A stretch of 64,000 bases of DNA, taken from positions 66,382 through 130,381 of the forward strand of contig CAYVZG010000002.1 in assembly GCA_964455805.1 (NCBI GenBank). The letters run 5' to 3'. Positions 48,225 to 57,508 of the stretch are shown piece by piece. Numbering within the stretch: the stretch's first letter is position 1; each line of letters starts with the position of its first letter. The notes under the pieces were generated by a model. That model worked only from the letters and a program-made list of their open reading frames with translations, did not search any database and was not told where the DNA came from. The position numbers and the translations under genes are program-made. This stretch comes from an uncultured Desulfobacula sp. (lineage in GTDB: Bacteria; Desulfobacterota; Desulfobacteria; Desulfobacterales; Desulfobacteraceae).

Positions 48225-51200
48225 TTGCCCTGAACACAAGATCCCATTATTCTTTTATGTGGGGCACAGCTTCTGTAAAACGTCTCTGCTCCCAGGCAAA
48301 GGCCCTTGGATACCAGAAAATTGCCCTGACAGATACAGACAATTTATGTGGCATGTGGCCGTTTATAAACGCCTGCAGGCACCAGGGATTAACCCCTGTC
48401 ATTGGCGCAGAGATCACCGATCCTAAAACATTCCACCGAGCGGTTTGTCTGGTAAAAAACAGCAATGGCTACAGCCAGCTTACCCGGCTCATCACCAAAC
48501 GACACAGGGATAAGGATTTTTCTCTCAAAACAGCCCTGCCAAATTTTTCCAAAGGGCTTTTGGTATTGACCAGAAACCACGACCTTTTACCATTCTGGCA
48601 CCAAAACGATATAGACCTCGCCGTTAACCTTGCCAGAAACCCTCTGTCCAGGCAGCATACACTATGCATGACTGCCAGAAAGCTTGGCATTCCCATGGTG
48701 GCGACACCTGGCAGTTTTTTTCTAAACAGGGAAGACATAAAAATCCACCATATGCTCAGGGCCATCGACAACAACACCTGTTTAAGCCGTTTGACCCGCA
48801 AGGATGCAGCCCCAGATACTGCATTTCTGGCTCCCCCGGATGTATATCAAGAAAAATTTGCCGTGCTTCCTGAGGCCATAAAAAACAGCTTTAGCCTGGC
48901 GGAAAAACTTGAGTTTCAGGAACCGGATTTTGGCATTGTCATGCCTCCTTTAAAAGAAGACACAGGGCTTTGTGCGGATAAACTTTTATACAAAAAGACA
49001 TTGCAGGGAGCAAAAACTCGCTATGGTTCAAGCCTGTCAGGGCGTGTCATCAAAAGGATTGACCATGAGATAAGCATCATCCGTCAAAAAAAATTTTGCG
49101 AATATTTTCTAGTGGTAGAAAAAATTGTTAAAAAAGCATCGAGAATCTGTGGCAGAGGGTCGGGTGCAGCATCCATTGTCGCCTATTGCCTTGGCATTAC
49201 CAATGTCTGTCCCATTAAATACAATCTGTATTTTGAACGGTTTTTGAATCTTCAGCGAACAGATCCGCCAGATATTGATATTGACTTTGCATGGGATGAA
49301 AGGGACGATATTTTAAACTGGGTGCTGACGGAATTCAAAGGCCATAGTGCAATGGTATCCAGCCATATCCTGTTTCAGCCAAGGATGGCGGTCCGGGAGG
49401 TGGCAAGGGTATTTGGGCTGCCCGATGCAGAAATCGGAAAAGTATCCAAGCGGCTTCCCTGGTTCTGGAAGTTAAATGAAGCCAAAGAGGACCTTTTAAA
49501 CCGGATCAGGCACCGGCCTGAATTTAAATTTATGGATTTTCCTCACCCCTGGCCTGAAATCATGGCCTATGCCCAGGCCATCACAGGAACCCCACGATAC
49601 CTTTCCGTTCACCCGGGTGGTGTTGTTATCACCCCCAAGCCCATTGATTCATATGTCCCCGTGGAAACAGCTCCCAAAGGGGTACCGCTCATCCAATGGG
49701 AAAAAGACAGTACAGAAGAGGCAGGTCTCGTTAAAATCGATCTTTTAGGAAACCGGAGCCTCGGCGTCATCCGGGACAGCATCGACAGCATCAGAACAGC
49801 CTCCGGCAAATTTGATGACTTTAACACCCTTGATCCTGAAGATGATTATGAAACCCAGCAGAATGTCGCCCAGGGCAATACCATGGGATGTTTTTATATT
49901 GAAAGCCCTGCCATGCGTTTATTGCAAAAAAAATCAAAGGTAGGGGATTTTGAACATGTAGTCATCCACTCCTCCATTATCCGACCGGCAGCCAATGAAT
50001 TTATCCAGGAATACATCAAACGGCTTCATACGGGAATATGGCAACCCATTCACCCTCTTTTAGAAGATGTTTTGAACGAAACATTCGGCATTATGGTGTT
50101 TCAGGAAGATGTCTCTAAAGTGGCGGTAAAAATAGCCGGATTCACCCATGCCCAGGCGGATGGCTTAAGAAAAATCATATCAAAAAAAGACAAGAAACGA
50201 GAAATTGCTGATTATTATGAGCGATTTAAAAAAGGCGCACTTGCCAACCAGGTTTCCATAAAAGACATCCAACTCATCTGGGATATGATAACAAGTTTTT
50301 CCGGTTACTCTTTTTGCAAGCCCCACTCTGCATCCTACGCGCGGGTCTCTTTTCAGGCTGCATATTTAAAAACCCATTACCCGGCCGAGTTCATGGCAGC
50401 CGTCATCAGCAATCAGGGGGGGTTTTATTCCACTTTTGCCTATGTATCTGAAGCCAGAAGACTGAATGTAAACATTCTCGCTCCGGATATTAATAAGAGC
50501 CGTATCAGGTGGAAGGGGCATCATCGTCATTTAAGGGTGGGTTTATTGTCCATCAAAGATCTTTGCACCAAAACAATGAAACGTATCATTGAAGAACGAA
50601 AAAAAACGGTGTTTTCACATCTTGAAGATTTTTTTAAACGGGTCAATCCCAGGGAGGACGACGTCCGGGCATTGGTCCACAGTGGCAGCCTGGATTCATT
50701 AGATGATCAAGGCAATAGGGCCGCCCTTTTATGGGCCTTTGCATCCTGGCAAAAACAGGGTAAAAAAACAGATACGCAGCCTTCATTATTCGATCATAGC
50801 GGGTTTCGCCATAAGAATGTTAACAATAAAGGGTCCGATCACAACGGTCCGGCAATCAATATGCCAAAACTTCCGGCTGAAGATCCTGTTGAAAAGCTTC
50901 GAAGAGAATTTTCAACCCTGGGGTTTTTATGCGGATGCCACCCCATTGTCCTGTTCAAAGACATCATCTTGAAACACAAGACTATCAAAGCAAAGCACCT
51001 GCCGCGGTTTGCCAATCAGAAAATTGGTTTTGCAGGATGGCTGATAACGGGAAAAGTTGTAAAAACCAAACAGGGCGACCCCATGAAATTTCTGACCTTT
51101 GAAGATGAAACCGGTATTGTTGAAACTGTTTTTTTCCCAAAGCCCTATGCTGTTTTCTGCCATTCCCTGGATTATGGTAGACCATATCTGCTTTGTGGGA

Positions 51201-51265
51201 AGCTTGATTCAAACTGGGGTGCCATAACCCTTATAGTTGAAACTGTTCAACCGCTTTCCTTTTAA
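48221..51265 (+). CDS. dnaE2: Error-prone DNA polymerase III alpha subunit
   Basis: PHP domain (SHYSF, ALTD), GRGSGAAS, PPDIDIDF, SVHPGG, KIDLLG, YSFCKPH, OB fold (FLTFEDETG). Located in the lexA-imuB operon. Confidence 0.9.
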   Translation: MIALNTRSHYSFMWGTASVKRLCSQAKALGYQKIALTDTDNLCGMWPFINACRHQGLTPVIGAEITDPKTFHRAVCLVKNSNGYSQLTRLITKRHRDKDFSLKTALPNFSKGLLVLTRNHDLLPFWHQNDIDLAVNLARNPLSRQHTLCMTARKLGIPMVATPGSFFLNREDIKIHHMLRAIDNNTCLSRLTRKDAAPDTAFLAPPDVYQEKFAVLPEAIKNSFSLAEKLEFQEPDFGIVMPPLKEDTGLCADKLLYKKTLQGAKTRYGSSLSGRVIKRIDHEISIIRQKKFCEYFLVVEKIVKKASRICGRGSGAASIVAYCLGITNVCPIKYNLYFERFLNLQRTDPPDIDIDFAWDERDDILNWVLTEFKGHSAMVSSHILFQPRMAVREVARVFGLPDAEIGKVSKRLPWFWKLNEAKEDLLNRIRHRPEFKFMDFPHPWPEIMAYAQAITGTPRYLSVHPGGVVITPKPIDSYVPVETAPKGVPLIQWEKDSTEEAGLVKIDLLGNRSLGVIRDSIDSIRTASGKFDDFNTLDPEDDYETQQNVAQGNTMGCFYIESPAMRLLQKKSKVGDFEHVVIHSSIIRPAANEFIQEYIKRLHTGIWQPIHPLLEDVLNETFGIMVFQEDVSKVAVKIAGFTHAQADGLRKIISKKDKKREIADYYERFKKGALANQVSIKDIQLIWDMITSFSGYSFCKPHSASYARVSFQAAYLKTHYPAEFMAAVISNQGGFYSTFAYVSEARRLNVNILAPDINKSRIRWKGHHRHLRVGLLSIKDLCTKTMKRIIEERKKTVFSHLEDFFKRVNPREDDVRALVHSGSLDSLDDQGNRAALLWAFASWQKQGKKTDTQPSLFDHSGFRHKNVNNKGSDHNGPAINMPKLPAEDPVEKLRREFSTLGFLCGCHPIVLFKDIILKHKTIKAKHLPRFANQKIGFAGWLITGKVVKTKQGDPMKFLTFEDETGIVETVFFPKPYAVFCHSLDYGRPYLLCGKLDSNWGAITLIVETVQPLSF

Positions 51266-51431
51266 AAAAACAATTACAAAACAAAATGCTCAACTCATTG
51301 ACAGCAATATCTTTAATGGGCGCTTTTTACAAAATTGTGATTTGTATGCCGGTTATGATCCAGATTTCAATACCAAACAAGGGATATTAAGTCATTAAAG
51401 GCAAAATCTGGCGGGCCATAACCATTTAAAA

Positions 51432-51472
51432 CAATTTTGTAATATTATAAGGTGTATAATATTACAAAATTG
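51432..51472. promoter_or_regulatory. Perfect 18-bp inverted repeat upstream of amtB (candidate enhancer/UAS)
   Basis: CAATTTTGTAATATTATA-aggtg-TATAATATTACAAAATTG, with an extra half-site TTACAAAATTG at 51327-51337. Confidence 0.6.
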
Positions 51473-51584
51473 AACTTTATGATCGATCTGGATATATAAG
51501 ATTTGTGATATTTCGATTTGCTAAATCCAATTTATTATATATTTTCAGATAGTTATGTTATAGCCCTTGGGCAATTTATTTTTC

Positions 51585-51600
51585 TTGGCACACAGCTTGC
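51585..51600 (+). promoter_or_regulatory. Sigma-54 (-24/-12) promoter of amtB
   Basis: TTGGCACACAGCTTGC matches TGGCAC-N5-TTGC with exact GG-N10-GC spacing, about 65 nt before the ATG. Confidence 0.8.
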
Positions 51601-51664
51601 TCTACATCGTTTTTGTTAAGGACGACACAATTAAGAAAATATTAAAAAAAATAAGGAGCCCTGC

Positions 51665-52960
51665 ATGTCACGAAAAACAATTTTGCTGTCCCTGTTACTC
51701 ATACTTTCAAACACCGTTAACGCTTATGCCGCAGAGGGAACTATTGACACGGGAGATACGGCCTGGGTAACCATGTCAACCGCCTTGGTCATGATGATGA
51801 CTCCGGCTGGCCTGGCCCTGTTCTATGGCGGGATGTCCCGGTATAAAAACCTTTTGAATACCATTGCAATGACGCTGGTTGCCTATTGCCTGGCCAGTAT
51901 CGTCTGGATTGGATGGGGTTATTCCATAGCCTTTGGTGAGAGCTCAAATCTGCTTGCCGGTAATCTCCATCATATATTTCTCAGGGGGATTGATATTCAT
52001 TCCATATCCGGAACAATACCCACCGTTATTTTTGTTTTATTCCAGATGACCTTTGCCTGTATAAGTGTTGCTATTATCCTGGGTTCTGTGGTGGATCGAA
52101 TGAAATTTTCTTCCTGGATTGTCTTTACAATTTTGTGGGTCACTTTTGTTTATGCTCCGGTTTGCAACTGGGCCTGGGGGGGCGGTTGGATGCACAAGAT
52201 AGGCGCCCTTGATTTTGCCGGCGGTAATGTTGTCCACATTAATGCAGGGGTCTCAGGTCTGGTGCTGTCCATCTTTCTTGGGAAACGCCACGGATATGGG
52301 AAAGAGGCCATGATTCCGTCCAGTGTCACCTTCACAGCCCTTGGGGCAGGTCTTTTATGGTTTGGGTGGTTTGGATTTAATGCAGGCAGTGCACTTGCTG
52401 CAGACACCCTGGCCGCCTCTGCATTCCTTGTAACCAACACCGCTGCGGCAATGGGCGGTCTTGCCTGGCTGTTTGTTGAATGGAAACACAATAAAAAACC
52501 CACTGTTTTGGGACTTGCATCCGGCGCCATTGCCGGTCTTGTGGGCATCACCCCGGCGGCGGGGTTTGTCTCCCTGGAAGGCGCATTGGCAATTGGGGCC
52601 ATTTCCGGTGTTATCGGTTTTTTCGGCGTAGCAGTGCTTAAACGAAAGATAGGTTATGACGACTCTTTGGATGCCTTTGGGATACATGGTCTGTGCGGGG
52701 TATGGGGAGCCATGGCCACCAGTCTTTTTGCCAACCCTGCCATCACCCGGGAAGCAGCAGGATTATTTTATGGGAATCCCAGACAGGTCTGGATTCAGTT
52801 TTTGTCCATTGTTGGCACAATGGCTTTTTCTGCAGCAGCCACTCTTATGGTTATTTATATCACAAAATTTGCCACCAAAGGGCTTCGCGTAGACAGGGAG
52901 GATGAACTTGAAGGCCTCGACAATTCCCTACACAGCGAACGGGCGTTTGAAATTGAGTAG
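51665..52960 (+). CDS. amtB: Ammonium transporter
   Basis: GDTAW, LALFYGGM, FQMTFA, DFAGGNVVH, LWFGWFGFNAGS, GLVGITP, DDSLDAFGIHG, GLD...H.E.A. Confidence 0.96.
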   Translation: MSRKTILLSLLLILSNTVNAYAAEGTIDTGDTAWVTMSTALVMMMTPAGLALFYGGMSRYKNLLNTIAMTLVAYCLASIVWIGWGYSIAFGESSNLLAGNLHHIFLRGIDIHSISGTIPTVIFVLFQMTFACISVAIILGSVVDRMKFSSWIVFTILWVTFVYAPVCNWAWGGGWMHKIGALDFAGGNVVHINAGVSGLVLSIFLGKRHGYGKEAMIPSSVTFTALGAGLLWFGWFGFNAGSALAADTLAASAFLVTNTAAAMGGLAWLFVEWKHNKKPTVLGLASGAIAGLVGITPAAGFVSLEGALAIGAISGVIGFFGVAVLKRKIGYDDSLDAFGIHGLCGVWGAMATSLFANPAITREAAGLFYGNPRQVWIQFLSIVGTMAFSAAATLMVIYITKFATKGLRVDREDELEGLDNSLHSERAFEIE

Positions 52961-52981
52961 AAGCGCCTTAAAATATTATTT

Positions 52982-53115
52982 GTAACTATTCAGCCATTAT
53001 GTTTGAAACCGCCCTATCTGATGAATATTTGTTTCGATGCTAAACGCTTAACCTCCTGCAAATATTCATCGGGCAGGGCTTTGAGAAAAGGTCTTTTAAC
53101 GGGCTGAACAATTAT
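52982..53115 (+). repeat. MITE-like dispersed repeat, copy 2
   Basis: Termini GTAACTATTCAG...CTGAACAATTAT form an imperfect inverted repeat. Internal 21-bp stem at 53011-53031/53059-53079. Confidence 0.85.
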
Positions 53116-53152
53116 TATTATTTTGGGTACTATTATTTTAAAAAATCAGATA

Positions 53153-55078
53153 TCAGGCCGATCTTGCAATCTCCTCGGCTTCACTGATGCAGTACATCAA
53201 ATGCCGTGGAGATTTTGCATCCCCAATCAAATGAAAGGGTATCTTTGTTTTTCTTTCCAGTTTTTTTGCTTCCCTGATGGAGCTGTGCTTTTCAGAAATA
53301 ATCACTGCTTCAAAGCCATTTAATTGAAAATCTGTCCCACTGGCCTTAAAAATCACTCCATCATCTGTGAACGCTTTAACCGATACATTTTTATACAGGG
53401 TGACATCCCCTTTTTTTAACCGTTCTCTCAGGTAATACCGATCATTGCTGGCCATTTCTTCGGCAAAACTCTTTTTCCGGTTTAAAACAACCACCTGTTT
53501 ATTCTGGTCTGCCAGAAAATCAGCCGTGATCAGACCCGTCATTCCGCCACCGAGGACAATAACTTTATCTTTGACCTCTTCTTTACCGCTGATCACGTCA
53601 ACATTGGTTACCAGGTCCATTTTTGTTTGAAAAAGTCCTTTTATCACTGGCATATCCGGCATTGAACCGGTTGCAAGAATCACTTTGTCAGGATTAATTT
53701 CATTGATCAGATCAATGCTTAATTCGGTATCATACCTGATTTCAATATCCAGTCTTTTTATTTCATTTTTAAAAAAGTCGAGGATATCATTAAGTTCTCC
53801 TCTTCCAGGTGCTTTTGAAGCAAGGGTCAATAATCCGCCTGTTTTGTTTTGTTGTTCACAGATAATGGTCTTATGCCCTTGAATTGCGAATTCTCTGGCC
53901 GCTGCCATACCGGCAGGTCCGGCACCGGCAATAAGTATTTTCAAGGCCTGCTCTGGCCTTGTTTCACTTTTAAGTTTATACTCCCTTCCCACATCCGGAT
54001 TCACCACACAGGAACCGGGCTCCTTGGCCAGTACAGCATGTATGCACCCAAGACAGCATCCCACACAGGGACGAATCTGTGAAAACTCACCTTTTCTTGC
54101 TTTTTCCGGATAATAGGGATCAGCCAGAAATGAGCGGCCAAATGCCACCATATCAGCCTTACCTTCTTTAATGATCTCGTCGGCATGATCGGGATACTTA
54201 ATTCTCCCCACTGTAATAACAGGTATGTTGACATGTTTTTTTATTTGTTGAGCCAAATGTACAAAACATCCATGGGGAGTATACATGGATGGAATGGTCA
54301 ATTCTGTTGATCCGTAAACCCCTCCGGAAATATGGAGGTATACAACGCCTGCCCTTTCAAGCAGGGGCGCTATTCTTACCGTGCTTTCAAGATCCCAGCC
54401 ATTCTCAATATAGTCATTTCCATTAATCCGTATACCAATGGGAAAGTTTTTCCCCGTCTTTGCCTGGATATCTTCAATAATTTCAAACAAAAACCGTGTC
54501 CTGTTTTCAAAAGACCCGCCATATTCATCTGTTCTGATATTGGAATTTTGTGCCATGAACTGGTTAATCAGATAACCATGGGCGCCATGAAGCTCTACAA
54601 AATCAAATCCCGCCTTTTGGCATCGTCTTGCCGAATCACCGAAACAGGAAATCAGTTCTTTGATTTCATCAATTGAAAGGGCTTTTACTTCACCCTTTAC
54701 AACAGCAGGTGCTGGAATAGCTGATGGTGCAACTTTCTTTGGAAGATAAGACTGGCGCCCGCCATGCATGAGCTGCACCCCAAACAGGGTGTCATACTGC
54801 TTTACCCTTTGAACCATATCTTTAAGAGCGGGGATACAATCATCATTATACATCTGGGGAAGATCCGGCAGTTCCTGGCCTCCCGGATGGACGCTTCCGC
54901 CCCCCACCAGCATCATGCCCACACCACCCTTTGCTCTTTCTATAAAATATTCAACAAGTTGATCTGTTACACAACAATTATCATCCACACCAAAGTTGAT
55001 ACTCATGGCAGACATTAATAGCCTGTTTTTTGAGGTCATATGGCCTATCTGGATAGGGCTGAAAAGATTTGATAACAT
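53153..55078 (-). CDS. NADH:flavin oxidoreductase (Old Yellow Enzyme / 2,4-dienoyl-CoA reductase-like, FMN + 4Fe-4S + FAD)
   Basis: RAKGGVG, QLMHGGR, ELHGAHGYLINQF, RTDEYGGS.ENR, PCVGCCLGC, CVVNP, GAGPAG. Confidence 0.9.
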   Translation of the reverse strand: MLSNLFSPIQIGHMTSKNRLLMSAMSINFGVDDNCCVTDQLVEYFIERAKGGVGMMLVGGGSVHPGGQELPDLPQMYNDDCIPALKDMVQRVKQYDTLFGVQLMHGGRQSYLPKKVAPSAIPAPAVVKGEVKALSIDEIKELISCFGDSARRCQKAGFDFVELHGAHGYLINQFMAQNSNIRTDEYGGSFENRTRFLFEIIEDIQAKTGKNFPIGIRINGNDYIENGWDLESTVRIAPLLERAGVVYLHISGGVYGSTELTIPSMYTPHGCFVHLAQQIKKHVNIPVITVGRIKYPDHADEIIKEGKADMVAFGRSFLADPYYPEKARKGEFSQIRPCVGCCLGCIHAVLAKEPGSCVVNPDVGREYKLKSETRPEQALKILIAGAGPAGMAAAREFAIQGHKTIICEQQNKTGGLLTLASKAPGRGELNDILDFFKNEIKRLDIEIRYDTELSIDLINEINPDKVILATGSMPDMPVIKGLFQTKMDLVTNVDVISGKEEVKDKVIVLGGGMTGLITADFLADQNKQVVVLNRKKSFAEEMASNDRYYLRERLKKGDVTLYKNVSVKAFTDDGVIFKASGTDFQLNGFEAVIISEKHSSIREAKKLERKTKIPFHLIGDAKSPRHLMYCISEAEEIARSA

Positions 55079-55178
55079 TATTTTAGACTTCCTTTTGATT
55101 TATAAGTCAAGTTTAGGCATCCAAAATTGAATATAAGCGAATTATCCATCCTGATACAAGTTTTTTACAAAATTTATT

Positions 55179-55314
55179 GTAACTATTCAGTTGTTATGTT
55201 TGAGGTCACCCTGTCTGATGGATATTTTATTTGGATGCTAAACGCTTAACCGCCTGCAAATAATCATCAGGCAGGGCTTTTTAGATAACCGCTTTTAACA
55301 GGCTGAACAATTAT
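55179..55314 (+). repeat. MITE-like dispersed repeat, copy 3
   Basis: GTAACTATTCAG...GATGCTAAACGCTTAACCGCCTGCAAATA...CTGAACAATTAT, a direct repeat of copy 2. Confidence 0.85.
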
Positions 55315-55334
55315 AAAAAATTTTGTTCATCCTG

Positions 55335-56090
55335 TTAAAGCGTCAATAGATCCTGGGCAAGTACAATTGGTCCGGCAAAAGTATTTCGGCATTGCGCCTT
55401 GATATCAATTGCATCGCACTCAGGATAAAAATGAGTTAAAACAAGTTTTTTTACACAGGCTTTTTCTGCAATATCACCGGCAATGGATGGGGTAAGATGC
55501 CCTGAAACTTTTTTGTCGTCTGGAAAGGCTGATTCGCAGATCAGAATATCTGTTTCCCTGGACAGGTCAACAAGTGACGGGCAAAAATCTGTATCCCCCG
55601 AATAGACCACAGTGAATCCTGTTTTATCGGCCAAGCGGTATGCCAGGCTTTCAGGCCTGTGACAGACCTTTGTGTAAACCAATTGAATCCCTTCAGGATT
55701 CAGGGTCATTGAACCTTTTTCATCAAGCTCAATGATTTGGAATAATTCATCTTCGATTTGGATGGTTTGATCAAAACATTTATTTAAATTTTCAAACAGG
55801 GCACGTAACCCATTACCGCCAATCAGGGTAAGTCTCTTTTTCCTTTTAACTCCCGAGTATTTCGTGGCAAATAAAAACGGGGCTATTTCAGCACAATGGT
55901 CCAGATGAAAATGACTTAACAGGATATAATCAATGTCATTGATGTGAACTCCCAGTTGCAAAAGCTGACCCATGGTTCCAGGCCCTGCATCCAGGAGGAT
56001 ATTAACGGCTTTTTCCCTTACAAGAGCGGAACAGGAATGTCTTTTAAGTGAAGGCACACAGGTTCCTGACCCCAAAATTGTCACCTGCAT
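55335..56090 (-). CDS. Metallo-beta-lactamase fold hydrolase (RNase Z/ElaC-like)
   Basis: TILGSG, LLDAGPG, SHFHLDH, YSGDT, LICES, HLTP, LTHFYP. Confidence 0.85.
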   Translation of the reverse strand: MQVTILGSGTCVPSLKRHSCSALVREKAVNILLDAGPGTMGQLLQLGVHINDIDYILLSHFHLDHCAEIAPFLFATKYSGVKRKKRLTLIGGNGLRALFENLNKCFDQTIQIEDELFQIIELDEKGSMTLNPEGIQLVYTKVCHRPESLAYRLADKTGFTVVYSGDTDFCPSLVDLSRETDILICESAFPDDKKVSGHLTPSIAGDIAEKACVKKLVLTHFYPECDAIDIKAQCRNTFAGPIVLAQDLLTL

Positions 56091-56110
56091 TCTATGAATA
56101 TTTCCTTTCA

Positions 56111-57508
56111 TTACTCCTTGGATATTTCATTTAAAACATTTTCAATCAATTCTTCAAACCTTACTATCACCTTTTTGTCCTTAATGAACGAATTGCCTGT
56201 TATCGCTTTAAAAAATTTTGCACAGATATTTCTTTGGCTTGAAGTAAACCTTGTGGAAAACCCTTTTTTTTTACTATCTGAATTCCCGGGATGACCAGGC
56301 AAATCTCTTTTTCCATGCGGGCGGTTGATGATATGGGAATAGTAGATCAATGCCCTGTCAATTAAAATATAGAGAAACTGAAGATTCTTATTGGGTCCAA
56401 GTTTAAGTTTATCTCCGCCAAATCGGATGCCTGACCATTTCTTCTTTGTTATTTTTTTCCCGCCTAACAATGCAGAACCCGCTCCTAAAACACCTCCCAA
56501 AGCGGTAAACACACCAAAGGTAACGCCTGCAGCAGCCGTGTCAATGACCGCACCCATTGTGCCTCCAATAATGGCTCCAGCTGCGGCCAGCTGCTCTTTT
56601 GTCAACCCCAGAAGCTCCCAGGTCTGTTTTGAAAAAAGATCGTGTTTAAGAATTGAATACTCCACCAGATGAACTTCAAAAAGGTGATGTTTGAAAAGCG
56701 CCCTTATCTGCTTGAACATCTTATTTTCAAGCGCTTTTATATTCGCCTGATACTTTTCATTCAGTTTTTCTTTTATCTTTTCTTGATCAGAAGACTCTTT
56801 AATAGATTCAGAAATGGAGAATGACAAACTTTTTTCAATGGTTTTGAGAATTAAGGCAGACACCTGGGCATTTCTTTTCTGCCAGTCTTGTTTAAATGCC
56901 TGGATTACCCGGGAAAGTAATATTTCCCACTCCTGGTCAATGGACTTGAGGCTTTCAAGCATTTTAATACGTTCTGAAAAATTTGCCTTGTTTGAATTAA
57001 AGACTCGGATGGAATTAAAATGCTTTCTAAACTCAAATTTCCAGTCCTGAGTATAATCTTTTTCACTTGTTTTGGAATTAATTATGGCCATTCTCGGCCG
57101 CCCGGTTAACCTTAAAATCTCCATTTCAGCCAGGTCATCATCCCTCACAGGCCTTGAACCGTCCACCACATAAATGATGCCGGCCCCCCTGGCCACAGGA
57201 TCCAATAGTTCACATTCATCCGCATAAAAAGGATCATTTTTAAAGGTGTCTATAAACCGGCCGGCAATTTTGTCCTGGTCGCCCTCAAATGCCTTAAACC
57301 ATTCCAGGGTCTGCTTTGGCACCTGGAACCCCGGTGTGTCAACAAACCGGATAATGTCTCTGCCGTCAATGATTATGGTATATTTTTTTGATATAGTGGT
57401 TTCACCCGGGACCGGACTGACCTTAATCTGATCATTTTCCGTCAAAGTGGATACAACAGAAGACTTTCCTTCATTGGGATGCCCTAAAACGGCGAATTCC
57501 GGTATCAT
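56111..57508 (-). CDS. Era/MMR_HSR1-like GTPase with C-terminal DUF3482-type region
   Basis: G1 GHPNEGKSS, G2 PGETT, G3 DTPG, YVVDGS, E.EILR. Gly/Ala-rich hydrophobic hairpin near the C-terminus. Confidence 0.75.
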   Translation of the reverse strand: MIPEFAVLGHPNEGKSSVVSTLTENDQIKVSPVPGETTISKKYTIIIDGRDIIRFVDTPGFQVPKQTLEWFKAFEGDQDKIAGRFIDTFKNDPFYADECELLDPVARGAGIIYVVDGSRPVRDDDLAEMEILRLTGRPRMAIINSKTSEKDYTQDWKFEFRKHFNSIRVFNSNKANFSERIKMLESLKSIDQEWEILLSRVIQAFKQDWQKRNAQVSALILKTIEKSLSFSISESIKESSDQEKIKEKLNEKYQANIKALENKMFKQIRALFKHHLFEVHLVEYSILKHDLFSKQTWELLGLTKEQLAAAGAIIGGTMGAVIDTAAAGVTFGVFTALGGVLGAGSALLGGKKITKKKWSGIRFGGDKLKLGPNKNLQFLYILIDRALIYYSHIINRPHGKRDLPGHPGNSDSKKKGFSTRFTSSQRNICAKFFKAITGNSFIKDKKVIVRFEELIENVLNEISKE

